From Deferribacterales bacterium (GTDB taxonomy: Bacteria; Chrysiogenota; Deferribacteres; Deferribacterales; Geovibrionaceae), in NCBI GenBank assembly GCA_050251875.1, contig JBFWMA010000002.1:160001-224000 (forward strand): a stretch of DNA of 64,000 nt, read 5' to 3'. Shown piece after piece: positions 47,704-56,398 of the stretch. Below the pieces are notes generated by a model. The model saw only the letters and a list, made by a program, of their open reading frames with translations, was not told where the DNA came from and made no database searches. Every line of letters starts with the position of its first letter. The stretch's first letter is position 1. The position numbers and the translations under genes were made by a program.

Positions 47704-48572
47704 TGAGTAAAGGAACATTTTATATATTGGGGGCGGCTGTTCTGTGGGGAACCACAGGAACTGCGCAGTATTTCGCTCCTGATAACGCCTCTTCTCTGTC
47801 TGTGGGCGCTCTCAGGCTTATTGTGGGCGGCGCTGTTCTGCTGATTACGGCTGTTTTGTCCGGCTCATTCGGCAGGGGAGGCAGGTGGAACATCCGGCAT
47901 GTTGCCGCAGGCGCTCTGGGAGTCGCTATGTATCAGGCAGCTTTCTTCACAGGCGTCAGGATGACCGGTGTCGCCATAGGCACTGTGGCGGCTATAGGGA
48001 GCGGTCCCGTATTCGCAGGTATTCTGGGGCTTATCATGCTGGGCGAGAAACCGGAGAAGAACTGGTATTTTTCCACTGCGCTCGCCGTTGCGGGGTGCTC
48101 GCTTCTTATCTTCACCGGAAGCGGTGTCAGTGTTAATCCGGCTGGCGTTTTGCTCTCTGTCTGCGCCGGATTCAGCTATGCTCTGTACGCTGTCATCAGC
48201 AAGCTCCTGCTGGTTAGGCACGAGGAGAACGCTGTGGTGGCGGTGATATTTTTTGGCGGGGCTATGCTTATTTTCCCTGTTCTGCTGTTTACTGATATTT
48301 CGTGGAGTTTTACTGCCAGAGGAGCGCTTTCGGTCGTCTATCTGGGGCTGTTTACCACCGCTCTGTCATATATTCTTTTTGCCAGAGGGCTGAAAACACT
48401 GTCCGTGGCGAAGACGGCGACACTTTCATTGTTCGAGCCTTTCACGGCATCGCTTCTTGGTATTCTGCTTCTGGGAGAGAGGATGAACACTCAGGCGTTT
48501 ATCGGGATGTTTCTGCTGTTTATTTCCGTACTTACCCTGAGCATCAGGACAAAATCAGTTTTTAATTCTTAG
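47703..48572 (+). CDS. EamA/DMT family transporter
   Basis: AAVLWGT, about 10 TM segments, LFEP..A..LG...LGE. Confidence 0.9.
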   Translation: MSKGTFYILGAAVLWGTTGTAQYFAPDNASSLSVGALRLIVGGAVLLITAVLSGSFGRGGRWNIRHVAAGALGVAMYQAAFFTGVRMTGVAIGTVAAIGSGPVFAGILGLIMLGEKPEKNWYFSTALAVAGCSLLIFTGSGVSVNPAGVLLSVCAGFSYALYAVISKLLLVRHEENAVVAVIFFGGAMLIFPVLLFTDISWSFTARGALSVVYLGLFTTALSYILFARGLKTLSVAKTATLSLFEPFTASLLGILLLGERMNTQAFIGMFLLFISVLTLSIRTKSVFNS

Positions 48573-48891
48573 GGAATTAAAAACTACTAGCTGCATGATG
48601 CAGCTCACGGAGCAGACGAAGTCTGTGGAGTGTGAGTGGAGCAAGCATTTACTGCGAGCGTAACGTTATCAGAAATTTTCCATGGATGGATAAATTTCTG
48701 CAAAATCAGTTTTTAATTCTTAAAGAATTAAAAACTACTAGCTGCATGATGCAGCTCACGGAGCAGACGGAGTCTGTGGAGTGTGAGTGGAGCAAGCATT
48801 TACTGCGAGCGTAACGTTATCAGAAATTTTCCATGGATGGATAAATTTCTGCAAAATCAGTTTTTAATTCTTAGGGAATTAAAGACTACTA
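48550..48891. repeat. 151-bp tandem repeat: (40-bp ccoI-end palindrome + 111-bp element) x2 + 40 bp
   Basis: 40-mers at 48550, 48701, 48852; 111-mers at 48590 and 48741; three substitutions between the two full units. Confidence 0.95.
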
Positions 48892-51298
48892 AAAGACTGC
48901 TGACGCTCATGAATGCGGCGCTCAGAACAGGATGTACCTTGCCTGTGACAGCCAGCGGTATCATTATCAGATTATATGAAAAAGCCCAGAACAGATTCTC
49001 TTTTATCACTTTCAGTGTTTTAACGGATGTTTCGTGCAGAGTCTTTATAAGTCCCAGTTCCTCACGCATCAGCACTATGTCAGAGCTCTCTATGGCGATG
49101 TCGGTTCCCTGACCTATGGCTATGCCTATGTCTGCCGTGGTGAGCGCCGGAGCGTCATTGATGCCGTCTCCCACCATGGCGCATATTCTGCCGTCCTTCT
49201 GGAATGACCTGACTATATCCGCCTTCTGAAAAGGCGTAACGTCTGAAATGACCTCCAGTCCCTTCACATTCAGTCTTTCCGCCAGCTTTTCGGCGGCTTT
49301 TCTGTTGTCTCCGGTGACTATAACGGTTTTCAGCTTTTTATCCGCCAGATATTTCAGTGTTTTTTCGGCATCCGGCTTGATGCTGTCAGACAGGGTGATG
49401 ACTCCGGAGTATCTGCTGTCCACCGCAACGCACGCCGCAGTGAGTCCTTTTGATATCTTTTCGTCTATCATGGAATCGTTAATGGCGATTCCCTGTTCTT
49501 TTATATAGCTGGCGGTGCCGGCTGTTACTTTCCTGCCGTTTACAGAGCCTGAAACGCCTTTTCCCGGAGTTTCAGCGAAATCTGATACCGATACGAAGTC
49601 TTCCGTGAAAAAATCTGTCACAGCCTTAGCTATCAGGTGGGACGAGTTACGCTCCAGCGAAGCGGTGAGGGTGAGCAGTTCTTCTGCGGTCATGCCCTCG
49701 GGAATTATTTCCTCCACCTTCAGCTCGCCTTTGGTTATTGTGCCTGTTTTGTCGAACAGAAAGACGGAAGTCTTGCTGAATGTTTCTATGGTGTCGCCGG
49801 ATTTTGCTATGGCGCCCATTTTTGTTATTCTGGATGTGGCTATCAGGATGGCTAGCGGAGTAGCCAGCCCCAGTGCGCAGGGACATGCTATCACCAGCAC
49901 GGATACGGCTGTCATTACGGACAGCAGGACGTTATGGGACAGCAGATACCACACGATGAAAGTTCCCATCGAAACAGCCAAAATGGCGGGGACGAACCAA
50001 CCCACTACCTTGTCCGCTATGTTCTGTATGGGCGCTTTGGACGCCTGAGCGTCTTCCACAGCCTGAACTATGCGTGACAGCGTGGTTGAGCTGCCTGTGT
50101 GTTCCACACGCACCACCATGCTTCCGTTGATGTTGCCTGTTCCGGCGAACACCTTTTCGCCGATGGTTTTCAGTCTTGGCGAAGCCTCTCCGGTGAGCAT
50201 GGATTCGTTCACTTCGCTTCTGCCGTATATCACTTCTCCGTCAGCCGGAACAGAGTCGCCTGGGAGCACTTCCAGCAGGTCGCCCTGTCTTATCTGCTTC
50301 ACGGGGACTGTGACGGATTTTATGATGCCTTTGATGTAGTTTTCTTCGTTATAGCCATCCAGCAGGCGAACCTGTGAGGGCTGATATGTCAGCAGTTTGG
50401 ATACCGCGTTGGATGTGCGTACCTTTGCGCCGGCTTCAATGTATCTGCCCAGCAGTATCAGCGTTATTATATTGGCGGTGGTGTCGAAGTATATCTCCTG
50501 ATCCAGAAACAGGGCGAACACGCTGTAAACGTATGCCGTGAACGACCCGAGAAAAATCAGGGTGTCCATGGTGGTATGTCCTTTTCGTATGGCTGTCAGG
50601 GAGCTTCTGATGAAAGGCCAGCCGGAGTAGAACATGACAGGTGTGCACAGGGCCCACGCCGTATATTGAAAGAATACGCGCAGGCCGCTGTTGATCCCCT
50701 GAAAGTAACCGGCGTATAAAGCGACAGTATATATCATTAACTGCATTGTAAAAAACGCGGCTATGGAAAATCTGTAGAAATAATCCTTTTTCTCTTTTTC
50801 GTAGATGCTGGCGACTGATGATTCGCTCAGGGGCAGGGGGCAGTAGCCGATGGATGTTATCCTGTCGATGATCTCTTTTAGAGTTATCCTGCCTTTGGTC
50901 CATCTTATGCGGGCTTTGTGGGTGGCGTAGTTCACTCGAACCGATTCCACCCCTTCCGCCTTGTTAAGGTAATTTTCAATAAGCCAGATGCATGCGGCGC
51001 ATCGTATGCCGCTGAGAGCTATGTCCACTTCGTAGCTGTTTTCGTATTCTTTTACCGAGTCCACGAACAGCTCTTCAGAGACTTGGGAGGTTAGGGCGGC
51101 GCCCGCCTGCCAGCTCTCGTCCCGTTTGGAGTAAAACTTGCTGAACCCTTCTGTTTTCAGAATCTTATAGACTCCTTCACAGCCATGACAGCAGAAAAAC
51201 AAATCTTCGCCGTCTATGCACTCCTGTATTGCCTGATTTCTGTTGATCTCAAGCATGCAGTGGGCACAACGGACGGTCTTTTCATTCGTCATCGTCAT
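48857..51298 (-). CDS. ccoI: P1B-type heavy-metal (Cu) ATPase for cbb3 assembly
   Basis: CAHC, CCHGC, CAAC, TGE, CPC, DKTGT, GDGIND, YN; lies in cco operon. Confidence 0.93.
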   Translation of the reverse strand: MTMTNEKTVRCAHCMLEINRNQAIQECIDGEDLFFCCHGCEGVYKILKTEGFSKFYSKRDESWQAGAALTSQVSEELFVDSVKEYENSYEVDIALSGIRCAACIWLIENYLNKAEGVESVRVNYATHKARIRWTKGRITLKEIIDRITSIGYCPLPLSESSVASIYEKEKKDYFYRFSIAAFFTMQLMIYTVALYAGYFQGINSGLRVFFQYTAWALCTPVMFYSGWPFIRSSLTAIRKGHTTMDTLIFLGSFTAYVYSVFALFLDQEIYFDTTANIITLILLGRYIEAGAKVRTSNAVSKLLTYQPSQVRLLDGYNEENYIKGIIKSVTVPVKQIRQGDLLEVLPGDSVPADGEVIYGRSEVNESMLTGEASPRLKTIGEKVFAGTGNINGSMVVRVEHTGSSTTLSRIVQAVEDAQASKAPIQNIADKVVGWFVPAILAVSMGTFIVWYLLSHNVLLSVMTAVSVLVIACPCALGLATPLAILIATSRITKMGAIAKSGDTIETFSKTSVFLFDKTGTITKGELKVEEIIPEGMTAEELLTLTASLERNSSHLIAKAVTDFFTEDFVSVSDFAETPGKGVSGSVNGRKVTAGTASYIKEQGIAINDSMIDEKISKGLTAACVAVDSRYSGVITLSDSIKPDAEKTLKYLADKKLKTVIVTGDNRKAAEKLAERLNVKGLEVISDVTPFQKADIVRSFQKDGRICAMVGDGINDAPALTTADIGIAIGQGTDIAIESSDIVLMREELGLIKTLHETSVKTLKVIKENLFWAFSYNLIMIPLAVTGKVHPVLSAAFMSVSSLLVVFNSLRIKN

Positions 51299-51425
51299 CC
51301 ATCATGCGGTACTTGGGTCCTTCCATATCATCAAATTCCCCGGTTTTGCCTGCCCACAGAAAAATAGCGAGCACAATGACCCCCAGAATGAGGGAAACCG
51401 GAATCATGATATAAAGAGCTCCCAT
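51282..51425 (-). CDS. ccoS: cbb3 oxidase maturation protein CcoS (47 aa)
   Basis: MGALYIMIPVSLILG...FLWAGKTGEFDDMEGPKYRM matches the CcoS pattern; translated by hand. Confidence 0.9.
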   Translation of the reverse strand: MGALYIMIPVSLILGVIVLAIFLWAGKTGEFDDMEGPKYRMMDDDDE

Positions 51426-51511
51426 TAGTTAGCGAATTTCATCGCGAAGTAAAGGGGGATACCTATCATAGCGATAAGTGAAAGAATCATTACGATTGTT
51501 CCGAGTCTCAT
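51425..51511 (-). CDS. Unannotated 28-aa single-TM peptide MRLGTIVMILSLIAMIGIPLYFAMKFAN
   Basis: AGGAGG RBS before ATG 51511; its TAA overlaps ccoS ATG (TAATG). Confidence 0.72.
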   Translation of the reverse strand: MRLGTIVMILSLIAMIGIPLYFAMKFAN

Positions 51512-51528
51512 AAAAATCCTCCTGCTGA

Positions 51529-51966
51529 TTATTGATTGATATAAAAATTATTCTGAAAGGAAATTTCCGTGCCGGAAACCTTTGCCCGTGCCTCCAGAAT
51601 AAAATTGCCGTATCCGTCAGTTGTGAAAGAGCCGTGATATGCTCCGTCATCTCCTGCTTCCGCTTTCAGCGTTTGTGTGCCGCTGGTGGAACCCGGTCTT
51701 TCTATATAAAATGTGAGCCCGTCCAGCTCTGTTCCCTCGTTCATGCGCAGAGTGAAAGATACGTTTACGTTTTCTCCTTCTCTGGCGGTTTTGATATCTG
51801 CGAGGGCGAGCCCGTTATCTTCTATGATGTGTTTTATCTTGTTATAGTCAAGTCCGGTCTCATAGGGCTTTTCGGTCACTTTGCCGTCGAACAGCTTGTT
51901 ACCGTAATAGATAGACGGCGCTATGGTTATGAGAGCCAATAAAATTATAAAAAGTGTTACCTTCAT
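51529..51966 (-). CDS. ccoH: FixH/CcoH-family protein
   Basis: N-terminal TM, DGKVTEKPYETGLDYN motif; located between ccoG and ccoS. Confidence 0.78.
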   Translation of the reverse strand: MKVTLFIILLALITIAPSIYYGNKLFDGKVTEKPYETGLDYNKIKHIIEDNGLALADIKTAREGENVNVSFTLRMNEGTELDGLTFYIERPGSTSGTQTLKAEAGDDGAYHGSFTTDGYGNFILEARAKVSGTEISFQNNFYINQ

Positions 51967-53189
51967 TATTTATCCTTTTTCTTTGCTCTGATGGGTCTGC
52001 GGAAGCTCAGTTCGCTCTCCTGGACAGCCTTGCCGTCACCTGCGTCAGCCAGCATATTCAGGCTGAGTATGGGCATTTTCTCCAGCTTTTCTTCCGGGAT
52101 GAAGAGAAAAACCTTCTGTTTCATGGTGGCGTCCGGCTGCACCTTAATGGGTGATTCGTACTGAAGCTCGTATTTATCTGTTCCCTCCATAGAGAGGGTG
52201 ACGCTGATAACCTCATCTGAGGTGTTTTTCAGCATTATTTCGTATGAGTTTATGATGCTGCCTTCCTTGGTTCTGGGCATAAAGCTCTGGTTCGGGAAAA
52301 CCTCGAACTCGAATGGCTTCACGTTGACCGCCATGTAGATGAAGGCGAAGAGGAAAAGCAGTGTGACCGCTCCTGTTATAAGCACGTTTACCCTGAACGG
52401 ATTCTGTTTTTTATCAAAACCGAATATGTAGTGTATCAGAGTGGGGTGGTCTTTCTTCTGCATAACTTTGGCGCAGGCTGTGATGCACTGTCCGCAGTTT
52501 ATGCAGGCGGAGACCAGACCTTTTCGAATGTCCAGATCCACGGGGCAGGTGCGCACGCACGCCTTGCACTGGATACATCTGTCACGGGTGTCAGGATCCA
52601 TAGCCACTATCAGGGTGTTTTTGTCGAACATAATCGACTGTAGCTTGGAATAGGGGCATATGGTGGTGCAGAACTTATATCTGACAAAGGCGAAGTTGAG
52701 ATAGGTTATCACTGTCAGCGCCAGACAGAACATTTTTGTGACGTGGCTCAGTGTTCCTTTTGATATATCATGCATAAAGTCATATGGCGAAACAAAGTAA
52801 AAGACCAGCCACACGCCTATTACGGCGCTGACCAGAATTATGATTATATGGTTTATGACCTGTGTCAGAGCGGTCCTGTCTTTCTTGTCAAAAAAGCCTG
52901 TGAGGCTGATGATGGCTGTATGAGGACAGAACCATCCGCACCATATCCGCCCGTAGAGCTGTGTTACGAGTATCGCTAAAAAAGTTATAAAAAACGTAAG
53001 TATCAGCAGGATAAAGAAGTTCTCTATCCATACCGATGTCCCGAAAACAAACAGACGCAGACTGGGTATGTCGAACCTCAGAGCGCTCTGTCCGTTGATT
53101 TTGATAAAAGGAATAGAGAGGAACAGCAGGGTGTTTATTATCCTGACTATCCATCTGTATTTTTGAAGATTAATCATCGTCATCATCAT
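51966..53189 (-). CDS. ccoG: cbb3 accessory 4Fe-4S membrane protein
   Basis: GRIWCGWFCP, FCTTICPY, CIQCKACVRTCP, CINCGQCITAC; start uncertain (53177-53189). Confidence 0.92.
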   Translation of the reverse strand: MMMTMINLQKYRWIVRIINTLLFLSIPFIKINGQSALRFDIPSLRLFVFGTSVWIENFFILLILTFFITFLAILVTQLYGRIWCGWFCPHTAIISLTGFFDKKDRTALTQVINHIIIILVSAVIGVWLVFYFVSPYDFMHDISKGTLSHVTKMFCLALTVITYLNFAFVRYKFCTTICPYSKLQSIMFDKNTLIVAMDPDTRDRCIQCKACVRTCPVDLDIRKGLVSACINCGQCITACAKVMQKKDHPTLIHYIFGFDKKQNPFRVNVLITGAVTLLFLFAFIYMAVNVKPFEFEVFPNQSFMPRTKEGSIINSYEIMLKNTSDEVISVTLSMEGTDKYELQYESPIKVQPDATMKQKVFLFIPEEKLEKMPILSLNMLADAGDGKAVQESELSFRRPIRAKKKDK

Positions 53190-53319
53190 CCAGCATTCTG
53201 TATTTTGCTTCTTCTACTGAGTCTTTTCTCTTTTTTGAGTAGTAATAGAAAATTATCGCCGCAAAAATCACCACCAGGGCGATTCCGTATATAAGAAATG
53301 AGTAAACGCTTCCGATCAT
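53170..53319 (-). CDS. ccoQ: CcoQ-like small subunit (49 aa)
   Basis: MIGSVYSFLIYGIALVVIFAAIIFYYYSKKRKDSVEEAKYRMLDDDDDD; GGGGA RBS; translated by hand. Confidence 0.78.
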   Translation of the reverse strand: MIGSVYSFLIYGIALVVIFAAIIFYYYSKKRKDSVEEAKYRMLDDDDDD

Positions 53320-53332
53320 TTTATCCCCCGCA

Positions 53333-53363
53333 TAAAATAGGGAGGGAGCCGAAGCCCCCTCCT
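53333..53363 (-). terminator. Hairpin / weak terminator between structural and maturation cco genes
   Basis: Minus strand AGGAGGGGGC-TTCG-GCTCCCTCCCT then ATTTTA. Confidence 0.6.
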
Positions 53364-53370
53364 GAGGTTG

Positions 53371-53565
53371 TTATTTAGGCATATCCTGCATGGACTGCTC
53401 AAGCTGTTTTTCCTGAGTCCATCCTGTGAAAGCAGGAGTATACGCATATACATAGTAAATGCCGAATACTATCAGACCGATAAAGAGTATCAGCCATCCG
53501 AGGGGAAGTGCGTTTTCTGTGTCTTCCCTGCTGAATTCTTCAAGATTATCGAATTCTTCTTGCAT
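53371..53565 (-). CDS. Free-standing CcoP N-terminal (membrane) domain protein, no heme motif
   Basis: DTENALPLGWLILFIGLIVFGIYY resembles CcoP N-terminal NPLPxWW segment; no CxxCH; GGAGG RBS. Confidence 0.78.
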   Translation of the reverse strand: MQEEFDNLEEFSREDTENALPLGWLILFIGLIVFGIYYVYAYTPAFTGWTQEKQLEQSMQDMPK

Positions 53566-53577
53566 TTCGCGCCTCCC

Positions 53578-54465
53578 TTACTGTTTCAGGCTGTTGATGT
53601 ATGACACAACAGACCAGATTTTATCTTTGCTGAGTTTAGCGGCATAAGAGGGCATAGCGCCTTCGAAACCGTTAGCCACTGTCACATATGTGTCAGCGTC
53701 AGCGTTGCCTGCCTGCGCATAGTCAACGATAGAAGCGCCTATATTGCCCTCAGCGTTCTGTCCGTGACATCCTGCGCACTCAGCCTTGAATATTGCCTGA
53801 CCCATAGCCACTGCCTCGGGGCTGTCACCCATGGGGTTAGCCTGTTCAACATTTGCGGGGTCAACAACGATGGCTTCTTTCTTAGCCACAGATGCGCCGA
53901 TTACCTGCATGTAGGCTACCAGAGCGTCAAGCTGTGTCTGATCCGCCAGAGCGGCCATCTCTTCCTCTGTGTAGGGGAAGCCGTTTGTGTCCATGTGCGC
54001 TTTGATTTCTGCGGGGTTCAGTTTTTTAGTCTTCAGCCAAGGATACTTGGGCATGTTAGACTTAGGATAGAACGCCTGAGGATTTTCAAAGTGCTGGATG
54101 TGCCACTCATCAGGATATTTTCCGCCGATTCTCGCAAGATCGGGACCTGTACGCTTAGAACCCCAAAGGAAGGGTCTGTCATAAGCGAATTCGCCCGCTT
54201 TGGAGTAGTCGCCGTATCTCAGGACGTCAGCCTTAAGAGGACGTACTGTCTGTGTGTGGCAGTTAACGCAGCCTTCTGACATGTAGATATCTTTACCTGC
54301 CAGCTGAAGGGCTGTGTATGTTGTGAGGTTCTCTGTTTTCGGGTGCATGCCTGATGTGAACATAGGCAGGAACACAGTAACGATAGTACCGATGAGCACT
54401 GTTACCGCGGCGAGTACGGAGAACACGAGAGCTTTGCTGTAGATCGAGTTTTCATGATTGCTCAT
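53578..54465 (-). CDS. ccoO: cbb3 subunit II fused to an additional c-type cytochrome domain
   Basis: EGCVNCHTQTVRP, WGSKRTGPDLAR, SNMP; second CAGCH and GAMP in C-terminal extension. Confidence 0.92.
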   Translation of the reverse strand: MSNHENSIYSKALVFSVLAAVTVLIGTIVTVFLPMFTSGMHPKTENLTTYTALQLAGKDIYMSEGCVNCHTQTVRPLKADVLRYGDYSKAGEFAYDRPFLWGSKRTGPDLARIGGKYPDEWHIQHFENPQAFYPKSNMPKYPWLKTKKLNPAEIKAHMDTNGFPYTEEEMAALADQTQLDALVAYMQVIGASVAKKEAIVVDPANVEQANPMGDSPEAVAMGQAIFKAECAGCHGQNAEGNIGASIVDYAQAGNADADTYVTVANGFEGAMPSYAAKLSKDKIWSVVSYINSLKQ

Positions 54466-54476
54466 TGTGTGCCTCC

Positions 54477-55877
54477 TTACGCAGCTTGTTTGGCAAGATC
54501 ATTGCCTTTTTTGATTGTCATGAGAACGTTATATACGAAGAACAGCATACCCACGACAAAGATGATTCCGGCAACGGTTCTCATCTGCCAGTAGGGGTAG
54601 TTGCGTACGAGCGTTTCCATGAATGTATACTGAAGTGTGCCGTCAGCGGCTGTCATCTTCAGCATGGCTCCCTGCTGGATACCTGTAATCCACATAGTGA
54701 TGGAGAACATAAGCTGTCCCACAAGAACAAGCCAGAAGTGTGTGTTGGCTATTTTTTCGCTGTATATCGTAGTTTTATACATAGCGGGGATCATATAGTA
54801 TACTGACGCGCAGATAACCATTGTTACCCATCCCATAGTACCCATGTGAACGTGACCGGGAACCCAGTCGGTGTAGTGGATGAGGGAGGAGATAACTCTG
54901 ATACCCTGTGAAGGACCCTGAATAGTCTGAAGACCGTAGAATGTGATACCAACGATGAAGAACTTGGTAAGGTACTGAGTTCTCATCTTGGACCAGTCTC
55001 TGTCCACGGTGAAATATCCGTTCACAACAGAACCCCATGACGGAGCGATGAGGAAAAGTGTGAAGGCGATCCCCAGTGTCTGAATCCAGTCGGGCAGGGG
55101 AGTGTACACAAGGTGGTGCGCTCCTGTCCACAGATAGGCGAATATCAGCGACCAGAAAGAGATGATGGAAAGTCTGTGGCTGTATATAGGAAGCCCGGTA
55201 GATTTAGGAAGGAAATAGTAGAACATGGCGAGGATAGGTGTAGTAAAGAGGAAACCTACCGCGTTGTGTCCATACCACCACTCCACGTTGGCGCTGTTTA
55301 CACCGGCAAATACAGAGTATGATTTGAACAGTGTAGAGGGGATAGCGAGGTTGTTTACGATGTACAGAATAGCTACAGTGATGATAGTGGCTATAACGTA
55401 CCAGAGAGAAACGTACATGTTTTTCTCTTTTCTGGTGAAAACGTTGCCGAGAACGTTGATGGCGAACAGCACCCAAAGAATGACGATGGCGATGTCGATG
55501 GGCCACTCGAACTCAGCGTATTCCAGTGATTGGTTCATACCGATGAAGAGTGACAGAGTAGCGAGAACCATTCCGGCGTTGAAAAGCCAAAGATGGAATC
55601 TGGCGAGCTTAGGCAGAACCAGAGGACGCTTTGTCAGCCTCATAACGATATAATAAAAAAGACCGAATTCCGCACCGATACCGAGACCGTATGCCAGAAC
55701 ATTGGTGTGAACGGTTCTAAGTCTGCCGTATGAGAAATACTCACCAAAGTTAAGGTTAGCATCCCAAAGCTGGGCAGAGATAAGAAGACCGATCACAAGA
55801 CCAATAACTCCCCAGAAGATGGCAGAGAGAACAAATCCCTGCACCGTCTTGTAGTCGTAATGAAACTCGTTGTTCAT
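54477..55877 (-). CDS. ccoN: cbb3-type cytochrome c oxidase subunit I
   Basis: YGRLRTVHTN, EYAEFEWP, WWYGHNAVG, GAHHL, GHVHMG. Confidence 0.96.
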   Translation of the reverse strand: MNNEFHYDYKTVQGFVLSAIFWGVIGLVIGLLISAQLWDANLNFGEYFSYGRLRTVHTNVLAYGLGIGAEFGLFYYIVMRLTKRPLVLPKLARFHLWLFNAGMVLATLSLFIGMNQSLEYAEFEWPIDIAIVILWVLFAINVLGNVFTRKEKNMYVSLWYVIATIITVAILYIVNNLAIPSTLFKSYSVFAGVNSANVEWWYGHNAVGFLFTTPILAMFYYFLPKSTGLPIYSHRLSIISFWSLIFAYLWTGAHHLVYTPLPDWIQTLGIAFTLFLIAPSWGSVVNGYFTVDRDWSKMRTQYLTKFFIVGITFYGLQTIQGPSQGIRVISSLIHYTDWVPGHVHMGTMGWVTMVICASVYYMIPAMYKTTIYSEKIANTHFWLVLVGQLMFSITMWITGIQQGAMLKMTAADGTLQYTFMETLVRNYPYWQMRTVAGIIFVVGMLFFVYNVLMTIKKGNDLAKQAA

Positions 55878-56321
55878 TCAGACCTCCTGCTGTGATTTGA
55901 ATTTAAAAAACAGTTCTTCACTGTTAAAAAGAAACTCTTTTATCTTAGCCTGTTTTAAGCGTTCCTCCACGTCATTCTGAAGGTTGCTGAACAGTCTGTT
56001 GATCTTGCAAATAGGGAAAAGCTGACACTTGTCGTTGTTGGAGAGGCAGGTATTCACACGGGATGAGAACCCCATGCAGACCAGAATATCGTATACGCTG
56101 GAGTCGAAGACTTTTTCGGATACGGTGTATCCGCCTTCTTTGCCTGTTTTTGTGTCCACAAAACCGCCCGTTTTCAGTCGGTTCATTATCTTGACAACTA
56201 TGGGGCGTGACAGAAACAGGGCAGAGCAAATCTCCTGTATTTTCACCTTTCTCCTCACTGTTGCCAGATACACAATGATGCGTATGGCATAGTCTTCTTC
56301 CCGTAGAATAAATGAATTCAA
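55878..56321 (-). CDS. Rrf2-family transcriptional regulator with three C-terminal Cys
   Basis: DYAIR, GKEGGY, CLSNNDKCQLFPIC; TTG start; abuts ccoN. Confidence 0.9.
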   Translation of the reverse strand: MNSFILREEDYAIRIIVYLATVRRKVKIQEICSALFLSRPIVVKIMNRLKTGGFVDTKTGKEGGYTVSEKVFDSSVYDILVCMGFSSRVNTCLSNNDKCQLFPICKINRLFSNLQNDVEERLKQAKIKEFLFNSEELFFKFKSQQEV

Positions 56322-56370
56322 TTGTATACCTCTATGGTATACAATACCTTGTATGGAATATTTTTGTCAA
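56321..56370 (-). promoter_or_regulatory. cco operon promoter with perfect palindrome ATTGTATACC-N5-GGTATACAAT (candidate Rrf2 operator 1)
   Basis: Minus TTGACA (56370-56365), 18 nt, TATTGT; palindrome 56321-56345 covers -10 and RBS. Confidence 0.75.
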
Positions 56371-56398
56371 CTAAAGATGATGAATGTCTACAAATTAA

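Noticed and set aside
48550..48891. CRISPR array (three palindromic 40-bp repeats)
   Set aside because: The spacers are 111 bp and nearly identical, the repeat is ccoI coding sequence, and no cas genes are present.
48632..49112. Two ORFs with identical N-termini (60 and 109 aa)
   Set aside because: By-products of the 151-bp tandem repeat; the second runs antisense into ccoI.
51429..51650. 73-aa track ORF overlapping the ccoH 3' end
   Set aside because: Conflicts with ccoH and with the better-supported 28-aa ORF that has an RBS and coupling to ccoS.
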